Shown here in pieces: positions 40,101-47,991 of a stretch of DNA of 64,000 bases. Under the pieces are notes generated by a model. That model saw nothing but the letters and a program-made list of their open reading frames with translations. It did not search any database and was not told the origin of the DNA. Each line of letters begins with the position of its first letter. The first letter of the stretch is position 1. This DNA comes from Ignavibacteria bacterium (GTDB lineage: Bacteria > Bacteroidota > Ignavibacteria > Kapaibacteriales > UBA4661). A program made the translations under genes and the position numbers. The stretch is taken from NCBI GenBank assembly GCA_947459425.1, contig CANHDJ010000006.1, positions 19,008-83,007 on the forward strand, in the 5' to 3' direction.

Positions 40101-43100
40101 CCAACATACACGATCGTTCCAGCGCCATTGACCGCAATAGCAAACACAGAGCCATTAAACGTCGGAAACTTACTGAGCGCCGCATTCGGATCCACCACCG
40201 GAGGAATCAGCACAAATCCCTGACGCGATGCCGTGCCGGAGGCATTAACAACCGAAATACTGCCGCTTGAAGCATTGAGGGGAACAGTTGCCCGAATTTG
40301 CGTCGGCGACACAACCGTAAACTGCGCCGCTGTCGCCCCACCAAAGCTGACGTGCCGCGGTGCCGTGAAATTCTCACCCGTTATCGTGACCTCATCGCCC
40401 GAACGAGCCATGGTCGGCGCAAAGCTACTGATAATCGGTGTCGGAACAATAACCGTAAAGCCTGTGAACGTCCCCGTTCCGGCAGCACCGACAACACTGA
40501 TGGTGTTCGTCGTCACGCCCGCCGGAACGCGCACACGGATTTGCGTTGGCGAAAGAACCGTGTATTGCGTTGGCGCGACATTGATGCCGCCAAAACGCAC
40601 CGCCGTCACGCCCGTAAAGCGCGTTCCCGTGATAATAATCTCCTGCCCTATGAGCTGACTTTGCGGTTGCGTCCGCGTTATGGTCAAGGGCTGGAAAGTA
40701 ATCGTTGTTGTCGTTGAACCGCCGATGCTTGTAATAAGCATCGGACCGCCTGTCGTGGCGGGGGGCATCGTAAAGGTCAACCGATTATCGTTCTGCCGTT
40801 GCACGGTTTGAATGAGAATGCCATTGACACGCACGGTTAAAAGATTGGCAATAAAGTTTGCCCCCGTTACCGTCACCAACTCGCCCGGCAATGGGCTTTC
40901 GGGCGCAAAACTCGTAATCGTCGGCGGCGGTATGACCTGCATTGGCGTTGCCGCAGTGACCGTTCCCCCACTGGCTATCACCGTCAAATTCCCTACCGTT
41001 GCTTGGGTGAAGGTTGCCCGCATTTCCGTCAAACTCGTCCATTCCAGCGTTGCTGCGGTGAGCGTTCCGATGCGCACAATCGGCAATGGATGAAACTCTG
41101 TTCCCAAAATCGTCAAGGTCTGCCCAAAGGCAAGGAACGTTCCGGGCTGCGCCGATGAAATCGTTGGTGGACGAACCATGGTAAACGTGCCAAGCGAATC
41201 CGTTCCCACTCCCGGAGTTTGCGCACGAATGAGTCCCGTCGAAGCATCATTCGGAACGGTAATGCGAATCTGACCGTTTGTAACGGGCGTAAATGCTTGT
41301 GTGTAGGCGCTAGTACCAAAATTCACGCCGGAGACACGCGGGAAATTCCCACCGAAAATGTTCACCGTATCGCCCGCTCTTGCCCATTTGGGGAAGAAAT
41401 TGACAATCGAAGGAGTTTGCACAAAGTCAAAACTGCCCGGAGAAGCGGCAATGCCCGTTGGCGTTTGAACAGTCACCGGACCGGAATTGCCCAAATTTAC
41501 CCGTGCTGTAATCGCATTAGCACCGCCACTGACAAAACTCAGCGCATTCAGACCACCAAAGCTCACGTTTATCGGATTGGAAAGGCGATTGCCTTGTATT
41601 TGCACGGTGCTTCCTGTCGTTCCGTAGCTAGGCGAAAACGACGTTATTTCCGGTGCATTATTGAACGTAATCATCTGCGTAGAATTTGCCGCACCAGCCG
41701 GAGAAATAAGCGTCACAAGACCGCTCCCGCCTGCACCAACAACAGCCTTAATAAGCGTCGGGGACACAATCTGAAAACTTGTCGCCGCAAATCCACCGAT
41801 TCCCACTTGCGTTACACCACCCAACGCCGTTCCCGTAATCGAAATCGTATCGCCCGGAAACACCGTGAGCGGCGTAAAACTTGATACCGTTGGCTGGATG
41901 GAGCCGATAGCAAAGAAATGATTCACCCCAGGCGGCACGGCTCCTGCATTGGAGGTTATCGTCGTCATGGTGATACCATTGCCGCCGAACCCCGTATATT
42001 GACCTGCCTGCACTGCCGAGCGCCCAACGATGTATGCCAAGGACAAGCCCGATTCCGTCAGCGTCAGCGCCGTGCCGTTGAAGACACCCGACATCGTTTG
42101 CAAACGCCAGTTGCGCTGCGAAAGGAAGGACGACATTGTGGCATCAAACGTTACAGCGCCCGCATCGGCGACTTCTGCTTCAATCACCGGAGATGCGCCC
42201 GTGAGCGTGTTCACCAGCGTTGCCGGACGGAAGCCTGCCGCCGCGCCGATAGGAAACGCATAATTTGTTCCCGGCGCGACGATACCGCCCGTCAAACGCC
42301 GTTGGAGTTTGCCGCGTACAAAACTGCCCGCCGTGCCGTTCAGAATCGTTCCCGCTGCCGTTCCCGACGGGTCGCCGGAGAAAATGCGGGTTGTCGGCTC
42401 CAAAATGCCATTCGTGAAATCCAGCGTTCCGCGCACGTTCAAATCGCCCGTGATGGTGTGATTTCCGGCGCGGTTCACCGTCAAATTATTCAGCGTGTTG
42501 TCTGTTGGGTCTAAGCGCAGCGCCAGTGCGCCTGTGCCGCCGAGCGAGATAGATCCGGCATTTGCGCCGTTGACGCTGGCAATGTTCGCGCCGCCGTTTT
42601 GATTGAGTGTACCGTTTAATGACAGCGTATAGTTGCCCACATTGCTGAGAACAAGTTTTGATGCGGCATTGATGCTCAAACTATTGACAACAAGAGCATT
42701 TGCGCCAAGTGTAACGGGCATGGTATTGGTAATCAGCACGTTTTGTGCGCCTGCTGCGCCAATTTCCCGTGCGGTCGTGGTTTTAACGGCAGTTCCCGAA
42801 TATTCCAGCGTAGCCCCCACAGCGTAGTTCACATCAGAGCTTCCCGTTACAGAGCCGGAGTTTTGTATTTCCAGGATTCCCATATTCTGCACGGTAAAAC
42901 TCGTACCGGAAGCGTTGTTATTCACCACACCACCACCAGTTTGTAGGCGCAAACGCCCGCTTCCAGCAATGGTGAGCGTTGCCGACGCACCTTGCGTAAG
43001 CGTAAACGCGCCCGTTTGGAATGCTCCTGCGCCACTTGTATTGATATTAGTAGCGGTATTGACCGTTGCATTTGCATCCAGTGTAATGTCGTTTGTCCCT

Positions 43101-46100
43101 ATCGCCGTCAATGTTCCTATCGGATTGGCAGTAACGGCGGGCTTCCCTCCGACTGCGGCAAATCGCGTGTTGATTGCGTTTACGCTTGAGTTGAAGGAAT
43201 AGCTTGCCCCGGCGGTGTAGGTAATTGGTCCCGTAAACTGCACCGCGCCTTGCGCTAATGCGTTACCGTTGATACCGTCGGCACGAGATGTAACAAGCGT
43301 TCCCGAAGCAGCAAGCGTGAAATTTCCTGCGCCATTGACGTAACTCGTGCCTGTGTTGAGCGTGCCACCGACGAGCATGGTCGCGCCTACTGCTGCTTGA
43401 GTTAGAACCATGTTATTGCCGAGAGTGAGAGAATTTCCGCTAGGAATTGAAATACCGCCAGTTCCTACCGCGAGTGTTTGTGCGGCTCCGGGAGAAAGCG
43501 TAACATCCCCGCCAATAATCAGTTGTTGTATGTTTTGGGACGGAATATTCGTTGGAGCAAATGTTCCCGCATTGAAGCGCAATCTGTCCGTCGCGGCAGG
43601 TGTGCCGCGATTCACCATGTTTACTGCATCATACCAACTTCCTGCAGCTTGCCAATCGCCCAACATACCACCTACCCAATCGTAAAGATTTGGACCTATC
43701 CCCACAAGGAAATATCCTGCACCCACAACCCCCCCGTTGGTCGTTATGTTGCCCGCCGCCCAAGCAGAATTATTGTTGTTATACGTGCCATTAGCAGTGG
43801 CAGGATTACCGCCAATACTGTTGATAACAGTGTATGGCATAGGAACGGTGCGTTCCACAGAAATCCGACCACTCGTGTAGTTACCGCTTATTTGCTGGAG
43901 TTGCCAGTATTCTGTTGTGGAAAGAGACGAAATATCCGTTCCTACCATACCCATTGCATTTCCGACAAAGGCTTGTACTTGCACACGAGGTCCCGTAGCA
44001 CCTGTGAATGGGTCGAGTACCTTAAAGGGATATTTGTCCGCACCAACACCAACCGGAAATAAATACGTTCCCGCCGTTCCCGTAAGATTCGCCGCCATAT
44101 CACGCTGCAATGGTCCATCCACATACCCCGTTGTTACGGCAATAGCTGTGGGAGCAGTGTTGGAGACCGTGAGCATATTTACGCCCGTTGTCAGAAGTCG
44201 CCCGCCGTTCAGCGTCAGCGTTGCCGACGCGCCGAGTGTTTTTGCGGCATTCAGCGTCAGAATGTTGGTATTGGTCACAAGAAGATTTCCACCCATTGCA
44301 GCAGGAAACTCCTGCGTCGTGGTTGTTTTCGCCGCCGTGCCGGAATACTGAAGCGTCGAACCCGCCACGTAGTTCAGCGTGGATGAGGCTGAGGAGATGA
44401 CACCCGCGTCTTGGATTTCCACAAAGCCGCCGCTATTGACCGTAAACGACAGCGCCGTCGCGTTGTTATGCTGAAGGTTGCCGCCGTTCGGAATAATCAA
44501 GCGTCCGCCGGAGTTTACCGTTACCGTTCCCGTTGCACCGATGACGGGCGCGGCAGGAATAGTCGCGCCGACGGTGTTGGAAACAACGAGCCGTGCCAGC
44601 ATGGGCGAAGGAAGTTCAACGGCTGTGAGTGTTTTTGCCGCCGCGCCGCCGGATTCCAGCGTGGCATTATTGGGAAGAACAGCATCGCCATAGACTGGTG
44701 AAGTCCCCGCAAGTGCGCCTGTTCCCATGAGAAGGAGTCTGCCGCCTGTCGCGCCGTTGTTGATATTGAGATGCCCGCTATTGGTCATTGTTACGCCATT
44801 GGACACTTCGAGCGTTGCACCATTTTCAACAGCCATTATCCCATTGTTTGTTAATGCATTGTTCAATCTCAGCGTCGCACCGTTTTTGACGAGCATTTCT
44901 ACACTTGCGCCAAGCGTAAAACCTGTTGTAGCAGCGGCAGTGCCGGAAGCAACTGTAAAACTTGAGGCGGTATTGTTAAAATCGAGTGCGTTCACCGGAC
45001 CCGTACGTTGCCATGACGCAGGCAAACCCGCATCGCCACTTGCGTAGGTATATCGGTAAAAATCAATTTTGCGCACCGCATTGGCGGATGAAATTTCTCC
45101 CAAATAGATTTGGTCGGAAGCATTATCGTACCAGATGCCGTGCGGTCGCGCAATTTGAGCGACAGATGGTATTCCATCAAGTGTTACAAGTGTGCCGTTG
45201 CCTGTAACGGTCGTAACCATGCCCGTTGCTTTGGAAATACGCCGCACTCTTCCATTGTCGGTATCGGCAACATAAAGGTTCCCCGCAGCATCCATCACAA
45301 GACCACCCGGAGCATTGAATTGAGCCGATAACCCCGCTCCATCGGCAGACCCCAATGTTGATCCCGCAATGGTCGTTACCTCACCTGTCCCAATAACTAT
45401 TTTGCGAATGCGATGAGAGCCTTGCTCTGAAACAAACAAATTTGTACCATCAGAACAAATACCGCCCGGCAAATTGAATGTTGCTCCTGCTCCGGTACCG
45501 TCTAAAGCTCCGGGAGTACCATTGCCTGCAAGCGTCGTAACCACGCCGCCGAGCGTTATTCTGCGAATACGATGATTCGCTCTATCTGACAAATAGAGAC
45601 TGGATGTGCCTGCGTCATAACAAATTTGTGAAGGAGTATCGAACTGTGCGCCTGCTCCCGTCCCATCGGCAAAGCCATTTCCATTTCCGGCAATCGTCGT
45701 AACAACGCCTGTTGCGATAACAATTCTCCGAATACGCGAACTTCCTCCCTGCTCCGAAACATAGAGATGAGTTCCGTCCGAACAAATTCCCACAGGTTGA
45801 GCAAATCGGGCGGACGTTCCTGTGCCGTCAAGTGAAGCATTCGTGCCATCTCCGGCAAAGGTTGTTACCAGCCCCGTCGTGAGGTTAATGCGGCGAATAC
45901 GATTATTAACCCATTCGGTTAGAAATAAATCATTGCCGACCCGCACCATGCCTAAGATGTAATTGAATTGCGCCAAAGCACCCGCTCCATCAGCATATCC
46001 CGCTGCACCAAAGCCCGCTATCGTGGTAACTTGGGGAATAGGATTGACCGTAAAGCCGGGCTGATTAAGAGGCGAGTTGGGAGAACCAATCAGTGTAACA

Positions 46101-47389
46101 TTTCCATTCACAGCACCATACGGCACGGCGGCTTCGATGGTTGTAGCATTAACAAATCTCATGCTACCGGGCGACGTAATCCCGCCAAACTGCGCCTGTA
46201 AAAACGATGGCGTATATGCTGAAAAATTCGTCCCTGTGATAGTAACTTTCTGCATCGGGTAGGCACTCATCGGGGTAAAACTTGTAAAGGTAGGAGGGTC
46301 AATTTTACGGATACGCTCGTTTCCTCTATCAACAACATAGAGACTTCCATTGAGGAGGGAAACACCGTGCGGAAAACTAAACTGAGCAGATGCGGCATCA
46401 CCATTGGTGGTACCTGGTGTTCCTAAGCCAGCATACGTTGTTACGTTACTGCTGGGATCTATTCTACGGATGCGATTGTTATTGAAGTCGGATACATACA
46501 CATTCCCTACAGCATCAACGCAAACACTTATAGGAAAATCAAAACTCGCTGAAGTCCCAGGACCATCAACATGAGCGGCAACACCATTTCCGGCAAGGCT
46601 TGATACTGTCGTACCAGCCGCATTTATTTTGCGGACGAGGTGATTCGATCTGTCTGCAATATAGATATTTCCTGCACCATCTATACAAAGATGATGGGGA
46701 AAATGAAACCCCGACGAGAGAGCAGCACCGTTAGCGGCACCTGTAACTGTCGGTGTTCCTGCATAGGTGGTTACGTTTCCCCCTAAATCTATTTTACGGA
46801 TGCAGTGATTGGAGAAGTCAGCGACATAGATATTTCCCGCAGCATCAGCGCACACCCCTGTAGGCTGATTAAATTGCGCAACACCAGAGGTACCGTTATT
46901 GAAGCCGACTACCCCTGTTCCTGCGTGGGTGGTTACGTTTCCCCCTAAATCTATCTTACGAATGCGATGCCCTCCGTATTCAGCTACATAGATATTCCCC
47001 GAGGCATCTGAACACACTCCGGCAGGCTGATTAAACTGTGCAGAGGCTGCCAAACCATTTGCAAAACCAGCTACCCCTGTTCCTGCGAAGAGGGTTACAT
47101 TTCCAACAGCATCTATTTTGCGGATGCGGTGATTCATTAAATCCGCAACATAAATATTCCCTGACGGGTCTGTACAGATACCATTAGGCTGATTAAACTG
47201 AGCAGCACCACCAATGCCGTTTATGTAGCCTAATGTTGAACCTGCGAAGAGGCTAACAGATTGCGCATAAACCGCGGGCACAAACGTACACAGCAAAAGC
47301 ATAAAAGAAGTCAACGACACCAAAGCAGCACGACGGCACACTCTTCGGGCAAGACGAAGGGTTGAAGAAAGGAGCATAATGGTCTCCAA
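34151..47389 (-). CDS. Giant T9SS-secreted surface protein (4,412 aa). Domain order: signal peptide, NHL block 1, IPT/TIG, NHL block 2, beta-helix-like repeat arrays, ~9 IPT/TIG, 'YVGGxFTxVxG' propeller-like repeats, NHL block 3, IPT/TIG, plant-type LRR with N-cap, Ig I-set-like, FN3-like, ASH-like domain, T9SS C-terminal domain.
   Basis: One uninterrupted ORF. NHL repeats such as 'GSTLGYINGIGGAAQFNQPNGICTDPSGNIYVADLMNHRIRKID' recur in three blocks. TIG units look like 'PTITSFAPESPLPGELVTVTGANF'. 'LQYSGTAAKTTTTQEF' beta-helix repeats are present. LRRs 'LDLRNNKLSGAIPPSLVNAKNLEVLRLANNGFAGGLP' run at 24-aa periodicity. The C-terminus '...LPSGSYTVQIRMNGETDSRQVQIVR' is a Por_Secre_tail-like domain. 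Confidence 0.9.
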   Translation of the reverse strand: METIMLLSSTLRLARRVCRRAALVSLTSFMLLLCTFVPAVYAQSVSLFAGSTLGYINGIGGAAQFNQPNGICTDPSGNIYVADLMNHRIRKIDAVGNVTLFAGTGVAGFANGLAASAQFNQPAGVCSDASGNIYVAEYGGHRIRKIDLGGNVTTHAGTGVVGFNNGTSGVAQFNQPTGVCADAAGNIYVADFSNHCIRKIDLGGNVTTYAGTPTVTGAANGAALSSGFHFPHHLCIDGAGNIYIADRSNHLVRKINAAGTTVSSLAGNGVAAHVDGPGTSASFDFPISVCVDAVGNVYVSDFNNNRIRRIDPSSNVTTYAGLGTPGTTNGDAASAQFSFPHGVSLLNGSLYVVDRGNERIRKIDPPTFTSFTPMSAYPMQKVTITGTNFSAYTPSFLQAQFGGITSPGSMRFVNATTIEAAVPYGAVNGNVTLIGSPNSPLNQPGFTVNPIPQVTTIAGFGAAGYADGAGALAQFNYILGMVRVGNDLFLTEWVNNRIRRINLTTGLVTTFAGDGTNASLDGTGTSARFAQPVGICSDGTHLYVSEQGGSSRIRRIVIATGVVTTIAGNGNGFADGTGAGAQFDTPSQICYDAGTSSLYLSDRANHRIRRITLGGVVTTLAGNGTPGALDGTGAGATFNLPGGICSDGTNLFVSEQGSHRIRKIVIGTGEVTTIAGSTLGSADGAGLSAQFNAPGGLVMDAAGNLYVADTDNGRVRRISKATGMVTTVTGNGTLVTLDGIPSVAQIARPHGIWYDNASDQIYLGEISSANAVRKIDFYRYTYASGDAGLPASWQRTGPVNALDFNNTASSFTVASGTAAATTGFTLGASVEMLVKNGATLRLNNALTNNGIMAVENGATLEVSNGVTMTNSGHLNINNGATGGRLLLMGTGALAGTSPVYGDAVLPNNATLESGGAAAKTLTAVELPSPMLARLVVSNTVGATIPAAPVIGATGTVTVNSGGRLIIPNGGNLQHNNATALSFTVNSGGFVEIQDAGVISSASSTLNYVAGSTLQYSGTAAKTTTTQEFPAAMGGNLLVTNTNILTLNAAKTLGASATLTLNGGRLLTTGVNMLTVSNTAPTAIAVTTGYVDGPLQRDMAANLTGTAGTYLFPVGVGADKYPFKVLDPFTGATGPRVQVQAFVGNAMGMVGTDISSLSTTEYWQLQQISGNYTSGRISVERTVPMPYTVINSIGGNPATANGTYNNNNSAWAAGNITTNGGVVGAGYFLVGIGPNLYDWVGGMLGDWQAAGSWYDAVNMVNRGTPAATDRLRFNAGTFAPTNIPSQNIQQLIIGGDVTLSPGAAQTLAVGTGGISIPSGNSLTLGNNMVLTQAAVGATMLVGGTLNTGTSYVNGAGNFTLAASGTLVTSRADGINGNALAQGAVQFTGPITYTAGASYSFNSSVNAINTRFAAVGGKPAVTANPIGTLTAIGTNDITLDANATVNTATNINTSGAGAFQTGAFTLTQGASATLTIAGSGRLRLQTGGGVVNNNASGTSFTVQNMGILEIQNSGSVTGSSDVNYAVGATLEYSGTAVKTTTAREIGAAGAQNVLITNTMPVTLGANALVVNSLSINAASKLVLSNVGNYTLSLNGTLNQNGGANIASVNGANAGSISLGGTGALALRLDPTDNTLNNLTVNRAGNHTITGDLNVRGTLDFTNGILEPTTRIFSGDPSGTAAGTILNGTAGSFVRGKLQRRLTGGIVAPGTNYAFPIGAAAGFRPATLVNTLTGASPVIEAEVADAGAVTFDATMSSFLSQRNWRLQTMSGVFNGTALTLTESGLSLAYIVGRSAVQAGQYTGFGGNGITMTTITSNAGAVPPGVNHFFAIGSIQPTVSSFTPLTVFPGDTISITGTALGGVTQVGIGGFAATSFQIVSPTLIKAVVGAGGSGLVTLISPAGAANSTQMITFNNAPEITSFSPSYGTTGSTVQIQGNRLSNPINVSFGGLNALSFVSGGANAITARVNLGNSGPVTVQTPTGIAASPGSFDFVQTPSIVNFFPKWARAGDTVNIFGGNFPRVSGVNFGTSAYTQAFTPVTNGQIRITVPNDASTGLIRAQTPGVGTDSLGTFTMVRPPTISSAQPGTFLAFGQTLTILGTEFHPLPIVRIGTLTAATLEWTSLTEMRATFTQATVGNLTVIASGGTVTAATPMQVIPPPTITSFAPESPLPGELVTVTGANFIANLLTVRVNGILIQTVQRQNDNRLTFTMPPATTGGPMLITSIGGSTTTTITFQPLTITRTQPQSQLIGQEIIITGTRFTGVTAVRFGGINVAPTQYTVLSPTQIRVRVPAGVTTNTISVVGAAGTGTFTGFTVIVPTPIISSFAPTMARSGDEVTITGENFTAPRHVSFGGATAAQFTVVSPTQIRATVPLNASSGSISVVNASGTASRQGFVLIPPVVDPNAALSKFPTFNGSVFAIAVNGAGTIVYVGGDFTETTNSLTNGGNTLMRSRLAAIDANTGALITTAIPSIGGVNVRAIAVDNGNNTVYVGGEFTTVNGGTVRNHLCRFNASTGVLDSWQTQHPLNQFVNGLSLNAANTVIYAVGGFTGVAGNPGWNNGCGFNTVDGTLSGFVPNIANVAQAVVVDNANGSIKVAGHFAQTNGIVRQNRLANLTPGAQDIPSWDAQIQDGVGLALALDGGTTYVGGNFTSVGGTPRSKFCALPSANGNPVIDWNPNMNNDVWAIAVIGANVYAGGTFTSVNGNVQRNALAGFPKAPSDATVTAFNANLAGGDVRALAASGTTLYVGGAFTSVGGQPRRGFAVFTPGATPSGVPTPPSTTVPIVTSFAPESAAPMQSVTITGTRFTGATKVAFGDKEAWFKVVSATEIQTVVPFGAVSGEVRVTKGMETGSRAGFTVLDLPKVSTIVGNGTGGLTNFAGQAAELNFPRFGAKIGNNVYFSMVHAIRRLNVQTGEVSTVAGSLDGGNADGVGVAAQFNHTFGLLPSNEFGGDGSTHLLVADYIGSRMRIVDIASGAVRLFAGTGEKGYLDGSLPDARFISPLGLARDNRGPIILTDQEAHAIRVFLNATVFTYAGNPGEAGSANGASETEALFNGPSGIVVDNQNYAYVADRGGNTIRKIWMENGTVTTLAGTGEAGFADGTSGTAKFNNPMGLALNGTTLFVADLGNHRIRAVSTITGEVVTVAGSGTQGFADGTTQAAQFNSPHSLLWDNGALLVFDTDNHRIRRVEVGSIVFAAPVTTGTMGMTGATVVAPAPMRITDVEPTTVTEGSPITLTGENISTNANVALSSGSIESLPLEIISRSTTAIVVQVPNNIVPSLLLSTSARLVVTTPTVRVSILQRLRVNARDIPSVSIMFPNIGSTQSVVSIFGQHFAPLGSSVRGSVKSVSIGGVRVGAFAVVLPTMIQVTVGSVRSGKIMVETLTETLEGSNLFTLDTTSVPVVVTPPEPVSSKDSLALNRLFASTGGMQWTTTSNWTNGAPIGVRYGVTVQSGRVVELRLPDSGIQGAIPMEVLESLDALKVLDLRNNKLSGAIPPSLVNAKNLEVLRLANNGFAGGLPREMKTMTKLREIDLSGNAIRDSLSSLSGLPNVTVLNLRGNSFGGKLADAIPQMTALTVLDMTGNRVTGEIPNEIAALTQLQVLRMRGNRLTGNFPMGLVRNVGKAKSVALQAASDLDVLDLGNNNLTGPIPDEIKNLQFLRVLLLDSNAFTGDLPASLRTLSRLRHLDIRNNQLSGIVDLSGATRLDTVAVSNNRFSVAMLEYFVGTVGSNRTLLYLPQAPFAQPRLLARVGAGANSTEAVVTVTLQDSLRLSVPKTEVYSRTQWRKNGAALTTLRDASRHADLIIPAFTMADTGSYDCVITNDRLPEITLATAQVQVLGRNPLTAPPSVALLEPGAGELDVSTVPRFRWTSVPTVERYRLEIAADTAFASVLSSATIPNTADLPVAGAILASQQTLPAFFRTAFPLAADRQFAWRVRAENVAGESPWAVGTFTTLPPNAQLTMSEWNFGKLTRFDETRGTIRLQNLGSAALTIESIKASIPDFTIENPPQTVAAGAEVQLPIRFVARKVGPLSDSITVSFRVGMSANVQERTLQNRLQARVSGVRLVAPAFDTVIVGKNRISSAMLINLEDRPITLQRAALANAASPYRLDFQGQEVSIAPRDTVLLRMTCLATTVGTVQSNTLRCITYNVSLDQLRREDLETTEVELQTYARLRTPEDVFVQVGVRALDDNVAPGSAVRLEIYLQSDKPLDAIFKAAQPRISGRLRMNNQVLVLAPDELGLRRLNAPVPSADGLQGYVLPPTFWQGRSRTLAQIRCLAVAGTTATTALVLESLEWGEGSVTMDSLINGSFTVKVSQAGGKRLIVPSTAKLAITAIAPNPATNAVEIAYSLGETGFVEIVLVNAKGETVHIFKQEVQSGGEHLLQTRVDRLPSGSYTVQIRMNGETDSRQVQIVR

Positions 47390-47706
47390 AGGACTAAAGA
47401 GATGGAGGAAACTGTTTCATTACGAACAATTTACGAACAAAACAACTACGGAGGGGTCACCGATTTTTGGAGGGGGGGTGCTGGAATTTTGAGGGTTTTG
47501 TCATATTTTCATTTCACAAAATGAAAAGCGTAAATACATCTTTCAGGCAATGGCGTTTTTTAACAGAAAACGGCATTTTTCGCAGAGCCAGTACACTTTT
47601 TGTGAATAGCACGCCAAAGAGGAAAACGAGTGAGCGGCAAAAAAGTTGCTATTTTTTTGAAAAAATGTGGAATTCGCGTGCGAAACCCGCCGGACGCTCT
47701 AGGAAG

Positions 47707-47925
47707 CCGCCCGACGGGGAGACCGCTCCTTATACAGCGTTTGTAGGGAACGAAACCCCGAGCCGCGGCAAAGAAATCCGACCGACGGGGAGACCGCTCC
47801 TTATACAGCGTTTGTAGGGAACGAACCCCGAGCCGCGACAAAGAAATCCGACCGACGGGGAGACCGCTCCTCGTCTAGCGTTTGTAGGCAACGAATCTCG
47901 CCATCCGGCGGCTTCTTAGCCCGTC
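47707..47925. repeat. Tandem array of three ~70 bp near-identical units; the third is degenerate. It lies between the giant gene start and the phosphatase gene stop and is related to the other intergenic repeats.
   Basis: Units start 'ccgacggggagaccgctcc' at about 47711, 47782 and 47852. Copies 1 and 2 differ at only 2 to 3 positions. The flank 47680..47706 'cccgccggacgctctaggaagccgcc' shares the 'gtccggcgg' and 'ccgtcgggcgg' motifs (in reverse orientation) with 25390..25430. Confidence 0.75.
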
Positions 47926-47991
47926 GGGTGGCTGCCCGCCTGACGAGCGGAAAACCTCTTTTGAGTGCGAAGAAGCGCCCCCGCACCACAA

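Noticed and set aside
34448-47389. Plus-strand ORFs inside 34151..47389 (e.g. 34448..35296, 37161..38015, 41219..41884, 43478..44062)
   Set aside because: All lie opposite the intact 4,412-aa minus-strand ORF and have Arg/Cys-rich or low-complexity translations typical of antisense frames of a GC-rich gene.
47707-47925. Possible CRISPR array (regularly spaced ~70-bp repeats)
   Set aside because: Whole units, including the would-be spacers, are near-identical between copies. There are only three copies, the last degenerate. No cas genes are in the window. It is a tandem direct repeat, not a CRISPR array.
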